Origin: Iphione sp. A-MEVVRFRX5
Taxonomy: Eukaryota
Direction of reading: 5' to 3'
DNA: 64,000 nucleotides
NCBI GenBank assembly: GCA_976226885.1
Contig: OZ320318.1
Coordinates: 34,286,001-34,350,000, forward strand
The notes under the pieces were generated by a model. It saw only the letters and a list, made by a program, of their open reading frames with translations. It was not told where the DNA came from and ran no database searches. The position numbers and the translations under genes are program-made. Below are positions 26,915 to 40,500 of the stretch, piece by piece; within the stretch, counting starts at the first letter, position 1, and every line of letters begins with the position of its first letter.

Positions 26915-29002
26915 CTTTCTCTTGCACTCACCCATGCATACACTCACAGAAAAGAACTTGTGATTCTCGAAACAAAAGATATTTGTACACGGCTGTTTAA
27001 TTAATCAGAATAATCATTCATGAAGCTTCTTGTTCTCGATACCAAAATGGCACGTTTAACTTCTCCCTGAGGCTGAATGAGAAATATAGTCAAATCATAT
27101 GAAAACACACACACAATGGGCACTGGCAAAGAAAAAAAAACACTTTCCTATCTTTGAAAAAGTTTCACAAGCAGATATACATTCGAGTAAGTAAGTGCAG
27201 CTAGGATTGTATACAGAGTTTGTGGAGGAAAGTCACGCACGAGTTCTACGTAGATTGCCTACGGAGATAACTGGATTGTCTCTCTCTTTCTGTATCCCAC
27301 GTTGGTAGGCATCTATAAACAATAACAGTCAAGATTTAGAGATGTGTGTCTCAGCTGTCTTAGTTCATCGCCCAGCTAGGGCTCTTCATGCGTGTGACAA
27401 TGGAGATAAACCCAACTAATGAGGTCAAGATTGGCAACACTTACACGCCACTAAAATATGTCCCATACACTTGGAAAAAGTGAGATAAATAGCACTGTAC
27501 CCTTTGTAAATTCGATATTAGTGTATGCATCTGCTTTGCGTATAATTTTTCCCTCGAGGGGAATAGCCAAGCTGACGTCGGAGAGAGCTGAAGTAACACA
27601 GGGTTCCTTCGAAGCCGGCTGGATCGTGTGTGATTTATCAGATGGGTTTGTCCAAAGTAAAGCAGCTCACTTGAAAGACTGCCCCATGTTATCGCGGGGT
27701 CACGACGGGTCAGATCCACAAGCCTATAACTCATATCTCCGGTTTGTACCGTATAGCTACCTCCAGAGCCAACCTTTTCTCAGTTGCTTGCTTCTTCAGC
27801 GATCGATGACACATGGGCCTCGAGATACCCAATAGAAAACCTAATTTTTTCCCGTTTTTGTTCGAAATACGTTCATATCGTCGGACTCTGATGTAAGTGC
27901 GGGCTATTATCCATTCTTATTTCCCTACGTTTAAGAGCTTTACCACACCGTAATCCCTTGAAAATCAAAGCCTATTCTGTCATTCAGGGAACGGTACTGC
28001 AGACGGTACTTCCAAACAGGAAAACATGGATAATCGGCCCAGATCCACAAACACACAGTGATCATGTGATGCAACATGGGGCCCCTGGGGGCCTGCATAC
28101 TTTATATGCGTATGTTTATTATAACTCGGCATGCATGTACTTGTGTGATTGCACACACAGAGAATTGGACGAAGGTTTCCTTGTCTGGTGATGATGGTGA
28201 AGGTCGGTTTTTGAGGTTTACTATGTGCCTTCTGCTTTCTTTCCACTCAACAGTGCGATCTGTCACCGTCGACCGTACATCTCGATGGAGCTATGTGGTC
28301 GTGTGATATCCCTAGCTCGTACACACGGGCGGTAAGAATGTGTTTTAAGCTTGGAGGAGGAAGGCATGTACCGTTAGTTAAGAAGAGAATGATGCTTTAA
28401 AAATTGTAGGGAAAAAAGAGAGATGAAGGCTGTCTGGAATAGATATGTCGAGGCTGAAACGACTCAACCTACGGACGTGCTAAGTGAAGCATGTTAGGCT
28501 AAATTCCTCCCGCACTGTTCGGTTTTCATTGCTCTTTTCTCTGCAAACGTGGAAAGGGAGAGGGCATTGTCCAGGCGAATCCCCCGGGGAGTGCAGGAAC
28601 AAATAGGACCTACTCCCCTCCATAAAGAACACGAGGGGAACATGGCACAACACAACCAAACTCACCGCCCCACCACCCTATAACCTTTTCTCTCCAGCCC
28701 TGCTGTGGCTTCTCTTGCGCTGATCACATCGATAAACATGTGCGACCGCGGCAGTTTGCCATGGTTTCATGTGCCTGCGACCCTATGGGAGAGCTTCTGG
28801 CGACTGCTATGAGTAGAGAAGGGAGGCCGAGGTGACACCGAAGGGGGCTTGAGGCTTGAGGGTCCAGGAAGGAGCCTTGGGCGAGGGGAGAGAGAGGAGG
28901 GAGGGAGGGAGGATGCGTTCAGGGTGGTCCGTCTCCCATACTGTACACCCTACAAGATCGATTCTGTACTGATGGTCTGAAAGTTGTGGAAATTTCGTTA
29001 GC

Positions 29003-29047
29003 TGGGTGGGTGGGTGGATGGGTGAGTGGGTGGATGGGTGGGTGGGA
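29003..29047 (+). repeat. (GGGT)/(GGAT) G-rich repeat, G-quadruplex consensus
   Basis: GGGTGGGTGGGTGGATGGG... fits the G3N1-7 x4 pattern. Confidence 0.8.
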
Positions 29048-31179
29048 AGGCGGGTAGGGATATAGATGGGATATGGAGAGTGCAAGAAGAGAAGGGGCGC
29101 TGTGCATGGAAAGGGGTGGAAGCATGGAGGGTGGGTGGGAGGCCGAATGGTGGTAAGGCGCATGGAGAATGAGAGGATGGAGTAGAAACTGAGCAAACAC
29201 GCTCCGCGAAAGCCTGGCTGGCCTATGTAATAAAAGAGAGAGTGCAGGGGCTAATATTTGCCGCGTGAGTGTACGCTTTCCCCGCCGGGCCACAATGGCA
29301 GACGTGCCGCCCGAACAGAACCCCCAACTGGCGCGGACAATATTTACTCAAACCAGGTGTTTACCTCGGCTCGCTCGAGCGCCCTCACCCGTCGGGAGCC
29401 TATTCTTCGCGGCTGCCCCCTTCGTGCCTCTTTTTCCCCTGCTATTTTATTATTCTTATTACTTCTGGCTTTCTAGAATACCAGCTGAAATCTCCTCGGT
29501 TGAGGCGGCGACCGCAGGCTGGACAAACTGCACGGACTGGTCCGCACAGAGGAAACAGGAGATGAGGAGGGTGGGGCTGCAGGAGATGGGGGTTGGATGG
29601 AGGAAGGTGCGAGGGAGGAAAAATCACAATTATCATGGCCACCAGCCTTCCCGCCATCGCTGTGATGCGGCTGGCTTGCAGCAAATGCAGCCTATTCTTC
29701 TTATTGGTGCCCTTATTGACCAACCACGCCTCGATGAGGCATTTGGCGCTCTGCTAACGGCAGGTGGTGCGGTGACCTCTTGACGCTGGCCCGCTCAGCG
29801 GCCCTACGGCTTGACGTGCTGGTTGGAGAAGTCTGGGGGTCATTGGTGGGGGCTTCTGGCCGCATATAGATGGCCAGGGTGTTGTTGCATGGAGGACGAT
29901 CAGATTGTCACCGTGGTAACCAAACAGCAGACTCGATGTCAGCCACTACAAGTGCTTGCCCGTGCCACTCGAACCTATGGCAGGCAAAATGGTACCACTG
30001 GCCGGTGACCAGCCTCTTAAAGCCGTCCCTATTCCTGTTGATTGGCTTTTGCCAGCAAACACTTGAAGAATTCCCTCAGGGGCCTCGACCAGGGAGCGCC
30101 CCCCCCCACACACACACACACACCGCGTGGCTAAAAGACCCGGTTATAGCGGAGGGTGCTATTCACAGTAAGGGAATCCAACATTTGGACCAGGTTCATG
30201 TAACTGTCAGTCAGACGAAGCCAATTCGGGCAGATTTTAACAAACTTTCTCAAGAGAAATTAAAATACAATATAGTAACGTTAAAAAATATTCGGGGGAA
30301 ACTGATATAGTAATGAGGAACCAGTCTCAAGAACACATTTGTTTACTGAGGGTATACAAGGTCATATGTGAAATGCTCGCGAGAGCAGTATTCTGTCCAG
30401 CAGAACTACAGGCACATGTATGTTGAATCATATATAAGAAGATGGCTGAAACTAAATGCATACATGTACATATACTTCAGTTAATGTCATACTTTGGTCA
30501 TTTTGCTTGATCATACTCCAGGCAAGTACATGTGTATAGTTTGCCCTGAGCAACCTCCATATGCATGTACATACATATGCCAAGTTTGTTATGCGCACGT
30601 TTTGTAGCAGCTTGTGCTTTGGGACACAGGAATATGCTTGATACATTCATACGTGATCAGGGTATAACAGCAAATATATATATATCCGTATATATTGTTG
30701 AAGCAACAGCTAAATCCCATATTTAGGGACTAAGGTTGGATGTCCGTGTGCGCATATCTCCATGTAGCCGGGTTGGTTCATATTTCTCTTAATCCTTAGT
30801 TAATCTGATAACAGCTGCCTACATGCCGTGGTGCATGTATTCACTGTGTTTTTGTCCCCCGCCTCATAGAGGGGGGGGGGGGACATTAGGAATGCTACGG
30901 GCTGGTGTCCCGACCATCCGTCACACTCTTGTGGGCCTTATAAGTCTCAAACCCTTCAATCAAAAGAACTGATTTTAATATATGATATTGGTATATATGG
31001 CCCCATGGCACTGGGTAATTCTGGTAGTAATCCAAGTATTTTGAAGGTGAAATTATGCCAATTTTACTCTTTTGCTAACACACCTACAAACATACATACC
31101 TGGTTCAGGGGTTCCTAGGTCTGACCATGCACATACACACTCACCAATATCTCCCCTCTACCACTATCAGCTTGTAGCA

Positions 31180-31315
31180 GTCTGGTGCTCAGTGAGGCAG
31201 AACCGAGGGAGCTGTGCTCACTCATGAAGAACCGAGGGTTTGTAAAGGTCTGGTGCTCAGTGAGGCAGAACCGAGGGTGCTGTGCTCAGTCATGCAGAAC
31301 CGAGAGTTGTAAACC
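31180..31315. repeat. 68-bp tandem duplication built from paired TGCTCA...AGAACCGAG subunits
   Basis: GTCTGGTGCTCAGTGAGGCAGAACCGAGGG starts at 31180 and again at 31248. Each unit has two related subunits. Confidence 0.9.
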
Positions 31316-31380
31316 TGAGGGACTTAAACAAGTCTAGCCAATCAACCCCAAAACAAAGTGCCAATCAAGGTGGTTGTAAA

Positions 31381-31489
31381 GAGAGAGAGAGACACCACAC
31401 ATACACACAGACACACACACACTGTGTCTCTCTCTCTCTCTCTCCCCTCCCCCCTCCCTTTCTCTCCCTCTCCCCTCTCTCTCTCTCTA
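31381..31489. repeat. Compound (GA)/(CA)/(CT) microsatellite
   Basis: Direct reading. Confidence 0.85.
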
Positions 31490-34400
31490 GGCAGTTGATG
31501 GCGGGGGACAATAGACCTCATAGGTCCACACTCTTGTTCATTTTACACATCTGTTAACAATGATTCTTTCCCCAAAACATGTCCCAAACATGCCTCACTT
31601 TTATGGCGGAATGGGACAAGTCACATTCGTCAAACAGGGAGCATGCAGACACATCACATGCTGCACATCCCACGCTGATATAGAAATTTTCATGTATATA
31701 CGTGTATTCCCTCCAAGACATATAGAGTATGCTTAGACACCTCACCATCTTTTCCCTTTGAATAAAAATACACTCGTAGAAATGGCTTGCATGGGTATTT
31801 CCTTTCTACTCTCCGGTGAATGCTTGTGATCTTTGTCAAATATCACAACAGTGACTGTCCAGAGAGCCCACTATGTAATCAATATACAATAGAAGTATAC
31901 ATTTTCGCTTGCAAGAGAAATTGCAGCGTTACGTATATAATACCCTGGGACAAAACATTTCCTAATCAGACCAGTTGTCTTTCTTTGGTAGCCGTCTAAG
32001 GAGGAAGCCCTGTTGTGACATATTCAGGAACATAAAGATAAGCGCGGGGCCGTCTACCAATCACGTGACCCACTTCCCGGCATTGTTGGCTTTGTCTTAT
32101 TATCGCTCAGTAGCTGTCCAGTGCAGCAAAGTAAACGACCTATGGGTATCCTGTCGCTTTCCAGCCCTGAAGATTGATCCTGGAATCACATGAACTTGTT
32201 CAAAAATTCTTGTGAACCAATCTTGTGATATATATGGCTGTACATGTATACGTGTATATTCACATACATGTGAAGTTGCAGAATGGATTCCGTAAACTAG
32301 ACCATATTCACAGAAAGATAAAGTGGTTCTTCCTCCTCTTGGGTCCTCGCTCATCGCGTCCCTTCCTTCTCCAAAAGACTCGACATCTCTTCATATATTT
32401 CTGCCAAAGCCCCATTCCTACAGATAGGGTCCCACGTGATCTGCTTACGGCTCTTTGACTGAGGACGCTACATCAACAGGCTATACGCTCAACTCTTGCC
32501 ACATCTAAGGCTACATTTAGAGATATATGGGGGCCGGGTTTCTGATGGGCCAGAACCACTGAGTCAGCCGGCCTTGTCTCTCGGCTCATTCCGAACGGTG
32601 GAGATCATACAGTTCTCCCCCTGGCTGGCTCACTGGCTGGTTGGGATATATACCTATTCCGGCGCCGAACGGATGGATGGTTGCGAATGAGGCATGCTAC
32701 AGAGGGCCCTGGCGGTGGATGGGGCAAGTGGCCTGGATCGTGTTAACTGCCGACCATGCTGGCACCCACTCGCTGCTAAGGTCTGGCCAACATTTGATGG
32801 CCGCTCGATCCAAGTGAATCTGACACTAAAAGCTATCGTTGCTGACAGTTTTTTGGGTACCATTTTCTGTTTCCCCGCCACGTTTATATTCAACAGTCAA
32901 TCGGTCTCATTCGGTGCACTGCGTGTTAAGTAAATGTTTTGCGGATGAGAGTGTCTCTTGGAACCAGTGCTGTATAGATAGATCAACATGGGCTGGTGTT
33001 GGACGCACACACACCACCGGGGCAGCAGGATATAGTCATTCCACATGTTGTCAGTTGCTGTCGGTAGGCGGCACCCCAGCCTTCCCGTGATGCCCTTGCC
33101 AGTGCACGTGACCTTCATTAGTCAGCCGACAAATGGGGTCACGTGGCTGGTGTCCGTCAAAACGATTGGTGCTCGCCTTGGGCTTCCCTGTTTACTGTAC
33201 AGCATGTGTCTCCTGCATAACCTTTCATGTATAGGCCGGTTGAGTGCTGGCGACCCATTTCATACCTGGTGATAAAGTTTTGCCTCTACGATTGATTGCA
33301 TGAAACGCAAAGAATCAGCGCACGGGCGAATGATTAGATTTGAGCCTGAGTGCGTTTTGGTTTTATTTCTTTGGAGAAAATGTGCGTACGACCAGATTGT
33401 GAGCGAGCAGGCAAACGAGATTGTGAAACTAAACAGAACCCGAGGGACAACCAGAAAAAGACATACGAGACAGAAGGAAAACAATACCGAGCAAAATATT
33501 TTGAGACAAGAAGTAGGTGTATAGTACAGAGAGATCGATATACCAACTGATACAGTGGCGTTTAAAAATTTTTTAAACTTTGTTTTTTTAAACTTGGAAA
33601 TTTTGTACGAATGATTAGGCTATCTTAGAAAGATAGCTCAGTGCATTCACATGTTTGGCCGTTCTATAACTTGAGTTATCATTCACCGTGAATCAGTTTG
33701 TTTGTCCTGGCTGTTTTACGGCGGTGCAATAGCTTTCTAGCAGAGTCTAGACGGAACACACAGACGAATTTTTATTTATTTGCTTAATAACATAAAAAGG
33801 CGGGCCAGGAAACTTGCTCTAGCAAGCCGTTTTAGAGGCACTCATAACATTGGTGTTAGCTTAAGACACGTGAATTAGGTTCCTTTTTCTAGCTGACCTT
33901 CATCATCCCCGGCTTTTTGTACCTACTCCTTTTTTTATCTACAGCTTCCTGTTTCCGATTGTTATTACTTACTTCCCGTCAGTATGTACTCATCTAACTT
34001 TGTAGGGTGGCCCCTTGGTTGGCAAATTCCATATTTACAGTTAGTCCCTTTTCGCTCTTCACTGTTGTTTTATTCTGTGCTCTTCTATATCCTTGTCTGC
34101 ATACTTATCACCCTATATATATGTATATACATATATATTACTTATCCTTCACCTAGGCTTACAGCTTGCGTGCACGTAATTTTAACTTTCACGTACCTGT
34201 ATGTTCCTTGCACAAACATTTTCTCTGTCGCACGCTCTTTGTCTCTCAGCTTGTTACATATATTTGTCAGTTACGAGGTGTCCTGAAATAAAAGCTTGAC
34301 AATATAATAGAGAATTTGAAAAAAAAAACACCTGAAGCGGTTAGGTGTTCCAATGTACTCCGGAGTCCGCCGCCTCTCACGATGCCCACGCACACGCGCA

Positions 34401-37400
34401 CGTACATTTACGTGTTACTAACTAGAACCACATGTAGACCGACATCAAGTAAACTGTCGTCACATTCCTGCAGGGATCGCACCTACATTACCCGGACCCC
34501 AACCGCTTACCAGCCGTCCCCTATCAGTGTGCCAGTTGACATCGCGGGAACAACGGACCGGCGCGTTCTGTAGGCCACAGCGAGCAGATCCATCGATACG
34601 AGAGCAGCTCGGGACCGGACCGAGATCCCTGAGACCCAGTGTGAAACCGAAGCCGCTGGCAGCTGAAATATCGCCCTTTTGTGTTTTTTGTTTTATCTCG
34701 CCCCCTGGCCTGCTATCAGGTGAACGGACTGGGGACTTGGATTCAATGTCGAAATCTCCCGCGATAAGATGGGTCATTTACAACGTAAGTGATAGACAAG
34801 ATCGTGCCCTTCTTGTTCACAAAACTGTTAATTTGATGTTTCAGAAACAGCAGGCTCTTTGTGTTCAAGGTACAAAATCTAGTTTGTATGAAAGGGCGAA
34901 AGATTTGATCCTGGCTCTAGCGTAGACTTTCATTTAATGGTAAAGTTTGACCATATCTGATATTAAACCGCCAAGTGCTTTGAAAGTCTTTCCTGGTGTG
35001 TAAGCATCAAACATTTCAGCTTGGGCACAGAGATCTGATATGAGCAAGACATAGTAACTCACCTGCGCCAGAGAAGCCCCGCACCCGACACCCGGCTACG
35101 ATCCCACCTCATTTCACCACCGTCTCCCCAGGTGTCCCTCGTTGACGGCCCCGCCAGGTGGCGCCTGGCGATATCTCGCGAGATTTGGGAATACCAAGGT
35201 CCTAGGTTAAGGTCAGAGGTTAACTGGTCTTTGAAGTTGCTTTTTAGGCGCCAGTCACCCCTGGCCTTGCCGCCTCCGCTAGGTTCTTTATTAACTCTTA
35301 TGGAGGTATTCGACACCGACACGTCCTGGTCATCTCAGCATCATAAAATTCGCGTGCCGACGTACGTGCATGTACTTTTAACACCAGAACTCCCCTATTG
35401 GAAACAGTTGCAGACGGCGATCCTCTTTGTCAGTGTGTACGTGCGCATGTGTGTGTGTGTGTGTAGATCTGTTTGATCGGACAAGGATAGATATGCATTA
35501 TTAAAACCGCCTTTCGTCACATGGTCAGGATTTGTTTTTAATAAGGCTAGAGGAAAACAGGACCGGAATGAATGGCACCTGGCAGCGTCATGTAATCCTC
35601 AAGTGGATTCGCAAGTATACAGCTAGGTGAAAACGCGTTATGACAGCAATATGATAAGGGAATAAGATCTTAATTTGGGAGGTTACTATTAAAATTACCT
35701 GACGATTTAGAAGTGCTCCTCTTTCATTTGTGCATATAACCTGTGTTATTCTTTTGCACATGGGGCAACTTGTCCCTTTAAATTGCCCCCTACACTGAGA
35801 GCGGTGGACTTTTTTTCCCCTCCTGGTTATGTGACTGCCCATAAGGCTGAACAGATATTGAACTGCCAGCCTGACATGTTTACCTGACCGGAAGGAGAAG
35901 GGTCCGGCATAGGGCGCCTTGAAGCTTGATGAAGTAGTGCCACCTCGCGGCAGGACTAACTCCCCTTTGCGTCAATATGGACCTTTATGATGGCTTTCCT
36001 TCTGTAGCCTTCTGTAGTGGTACTTACATTGTGAAAAGCTGTAGTGCGACTGAATGTAGTTGTTTTTCTCCCCCAAAATCTACCTACATGTCATGAGGAT
36101 CGTTGGCAAATGTCACGGTGACTGTTGGCATTTTACATAATGACAACGAATTGCCCAAGAGTGCTTTTCATAGGAAGAACAACGCATTTGCTATTGTAAT
36201 ACCAAATGGTTTGTGAATTGCATCCTTCTGAAGGCAAGAATGCCCTTTATTTTGGATTCTCCCTTTGAAATAGAGAAGATAATAGGGCAAATTTGTAAAG
36301 TAATTATTACAGTTCGTACAAGCCACAAATGTCACTTCGCTCGTTGATATTTGATTCTAGTCATTATGTCGTTGGTTTTGTTGTTTTTTGGCGTCTGAGA
36401 CCTTCGTGCGAGAAAGGAGCTATAGTCTCGGAGGTAGAAACGAAGCAAACTACATCCATGTGATACTGAGAGATGAAAGGTCACTTCCACTCCTGTTGCT
36501 CCGATAAAACTAAGAGGGTGTTGAACTGGCAGCTAACAGGCCATGTTTTATATTGGCAGCCTTGCCACTGCTTCTGCCTTCGTCGCCGCCTGAGGTTGTG
36601 TTATATATATATATGTAGTGCTGATAAAAAGACCCACCCATCTCTCGCGTATTTACTCACATACATACACGCGCATGTAGGGGCTCTAATAAGGAACCTG
36701 TCCGGGGACCTAACCTATAAGCAGTCGTCCCCAGTGGCCCACCTCCAAGGTCAAGGTTGCTGTCCATGTTTTTTTAGAGGTGACCCTCTGAAGAGCCCAT
36801 CATAGCATCGGCTTTCTCCAGCCCTCAGTAATAAGTCGGTACCAGGCAGAATTCGCAGCTCCCTGACAGTGAATCTATTAAGATGTAGGCGTCGCCCATT
36901 GGCGACCGTTTCACTATAGAGCTTCTGGCAATTTCACGCTTTGCCTGCAATGCCGCTAAAACCCGGCATCGACAGGAAACTGCTCACAGCGCATGCGGCT
37001 GCTTCAGCTAATCACGAGGCGCGTCTCATGGCGCTGTCTGACACGCCGTCTGGTGGCCGCTTTGGGAGGTAAAAGATGATGGTGAGCATGTGTCGGGTAC
37101 ACGAGCTATGGCGGAATTTCATGGCTGGACTCGTCGGACAGCCCGGTGGAATTTGGCGGAAAAATGGCCAGCGGCAACCCGATACAAGCTGGCGGATGAT
37201 TAGTTAGTTATCAGTGTACGAGGTCAGCGGGTAATGGCAGAGAGAAGTCCCCATCAACGACCTCCAAGGCTCGGGACTAGTTCTAAGGCGACAATAGTGC
37301 GAACGTATCCTCTCTTCTTGAAAACGCAAGCGGTCCTCTTCAGGAAAACTTGAAGTCTGAATAGAAGTGTGTTTCCCACGCAGAGGTAGGCAGTGTAGTT

Positions 37401-40299
37401 GACGTATTTAACTAAATCCTGTCTATTTTAATGGAGTGTAGGTGGGATCTAATAACACGAGATTCTACGGAGAACCATATATATAGCGAGACTGAATATG
37501 AAGATGACGGCAGCCGTATTGAATCCATGTATGTGACTAAGCATGCCAGGAGACATAACTTATACTGAGTTTTGACATCGGTCTCGACCTTACCAACTGA
37601 AGTATCTCTTAGCCTGGCGTCTGATGCCTCAGTCAGGCACCACGGGTGTCTACTCAACTTCCTTTGTACACATCAGCCTGCAACACTTTCAACTAGTTCT
37701 TTGCCTCCTCTTTTTAAACGAGCCGCCTATTTGCCTGCGTTCAATTTGTGAATGTTTCCCTGGTGGATTTTTTGGGCCCGAGCTCGCGGCGCCACCCGCT
37801 CTCGTACGGCACCTTTGGTGGTGGTGATGTTGGTTGGGGGGGGGGGGGCACCTCGCTGGCCTGGAGTACGGCCAGATGCCGACCGCGACAAACGCTCCCT
37901 GCACGGCGCCCATCCATCAGCCGCCGTTGCCCCCTTGTACGGCCCGGGACCCGCCCCGTGCCAGCCCGGCCATCGGCGGACCGCGGCCGGAGGGAAGGCC
38001 CTCGTCTCCTGGCACGGCGGGGGTCCGGAGCCAAGAGGAGGGTTTGGGTGTTCAGACATGCAGCCTGGGTGGGTATAGATGGATAGGGGGTGGGCGGGTG
38101 AATAAATGCCCTGAAGAGCCCCCCTAGAGAATGTTTACCTTTCAGAGGGCGTGACGCCGACGTCAATGACAACATATATGGACACCAGGGAGCAACTTCG
38201 AGGGTAACTCGACATGTCGGAGGAAAATGTAATTATTAAGTCTAGCCACAATAGATACCGCTGCCATATCCTGCATTTTCATATCATCTCAATAGTCTTA
38301 CAACGTATATCATGTTTTAATGTTTTTAACACATCCAGAAATATGGGTGTATTAGCATAGACGCACTAGCATATTGATGGTGTTCCAAATAATTATGCGT
38401 ATAAATAAGCATAATTATTTCCGCCATTTTATCCTCGTCATTTTTTATTACTTATCTACGGGTCAACAGTCAGTTTGGCGCCATCGTGTAGGTTTCTGAA
38501 AAACGCCGTTTGAAATGAAAGCGTGCTGTAGAATATCAGCGTCCAGTTAAGGAAGCTTCATGGACATGGCCTGCACCATGGAAAGAGATGCTGTCCAAGT
38601 TCATCAGCCTCTTCCACTCGAATGATTAAACGAAGCTAAACCCGCAGTCCTTGAAATGTGGGGTCTCTTTTTTTCCCGCAGTGGCTTACGTCAAACATTT
38701 GTTGTGTTTTTATATAGTATGGGGAAAAAACACTCAAGCAAATAAAGCACTAAAGGAACTGGGTTCTTTTTGAGACAGACACAGATCCCGTAAACCGAAT
38801 ACTGATGAATATATGGGGGAACTTTCAGAGGTGTCATGTCTCTCCGGAAATTACCACAGGCCTAACTGGTTCAATAACAAGAACCAGCAATGCAGACGGC
38901 GTATTTATTGAAAGGTATTTTTTGTACCCTCGATGGAATGCACTGAATTAAAGAGGCGAGAAGTATCATCATGGAGACTAATAGAGGAGAAATGGCAGCG
39001 GGCCTATTAGGTTTGACGTACGTCACAGTTCCACTTGACAAAGGCTATCAGTCTATATCAGTTGGGCATGGGAGTCTCATGACACCATAGAAGGCACACC
39101 TCCCACCCTTCCATCCCCCTCCGGCATCCTCAACCACCAACCCAACCACACTCTCCCCCCTCCCGATCACCATATGTCGCCATGTCAACGTGCTTGCGTT
39201 GGTCCTGTTACCATGGTTACCTTCCGGTGCCTGAGAACAGACCTTGGTTAACCCCCCCGAGTGAATCACCTTTGAACAAATTGCTTGTCAGACTAGGGGA
39301 AGGGTCGGAGATTGCGGGTGTCGCCATACAGCGCCTGTCTCCAACCTGTCTTTTGTCTGCCTTGGATTGAAGAGAATCAGAAATACGCAGCGATCAAGAA
39401 AAAAAGAGGTTATTTTTTTGCATTTCACCTATCATCGCTAATCGATGTATGAAGAAGAACAATAAACAAATGCATAGAGAAGAACATTAATTTGTACCGT
39501 TATCTGGGTTGAATACTTGACCGTAATATGTGTTGTCATTACTTGCAAATCCATGCCATACATATTCAGGTGTCTGTTTTCATGCATAACTCATATTAAA
39601 TTACTACAATAAACACAGGCGCATTCGCTGAATGGAAAAATAATTACAGATTGTCCGAGCCAGGGTAGAAGAGGGCGGGAAGAATGAAAAGGGTCTCCGT
39701 AAGGGCGTAGCAATACTCAGACCGGGGGTGCCAGTCAAAATTATCCTGATCTGCACCAGATGCTGTCACAGTCTGTTGTCTCCTCAGTGTGACGCCATTT
39801 GTCTTGATGAAGAAAGATTGGCAGTGACAAAGAACCGAAAAGGCGATGTGTCAGGGCCTTCTATTCCTTCGCTTTCGCTAGATGCTTACAGGCATTTATG
39901 CACATGTATACACATAATTATCTATACACAAGCAGATATGTGTATATATACATACTTATATATGTACACGTATAAAAATCCTTACTAAATCCGACTCAAC
40001 TAGTCGTGCTTGTGTGTTCTGCTACATAAGTATCTACACTTATATATAGTATTGGTGAGTAGTGGAGATCATTTTCAATTATAACACTCACCATGGAATC
40101 CAATACCGCAATTCTTGAGATTCCTGTCATCGTGTTTATGTAGCATGCTTACGTTATGGGACCACACCCTAGATTATCCTTACACTTGTGACACTACGGG
40201 GATCTTTTTACCTTATGGCCACACCCCTCTTCTCCCACCTACCACCAACACTATACAGCAGTCACCCTATGCAGGACAGGGCCCCAAGCCCCTTCTCTC

Positions 40300-40500
40300 T
40301 TAGGTCAAAGGTCAAGAGCGCTGGGTCTAAGGTCATTGGGAAGGCCATCGCGAATAGGTGTCGCCTACTTCCCAGCTCGCCTGTGGTCACGTGACAAGGG
40401 ACACAGAATTCGTTGCCATGGTGACCCTGGCCGGGCAGTGCCCCGGATGGCGTCGTTGATGCCCCTGATTTCTGATTGGCCCATTAATCTTGATTAGCAT
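40300..40500. promoter_or_regulatory. Candidate cis-regulatory module: perfect DR1 AGGTCAAAGGTCA (40302), second DR1-like (40323), palindromic E-box GTCACGTGAC (40386), RFX X-box (40412), reverse CCAAT (40475)
   Basis: Five consensus motifs in 200 bp, about 2.3 kb upstream of the Eph LBD exon. Confidence 0.45.

Noticed and set aside
28807-29783. Several overlapping ORFs of 98-172 aa
   Set aside because: Low-complexity or CpG-rich non-coding sequence with no domain or splice support.
35300-35345. MEVFDTDTSWS as a candidate Eph exon 2 (LLDT..W-like)
   Set aside because: Weak resemblance and no suitable acceptor/donor pair ending in phase 0.
37689-38175. Stack of R/P/G-rich ORFs on both strands
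   Set aside because: A GC-rich island lacks stop codons in all frames. More likely regulatory than coding.
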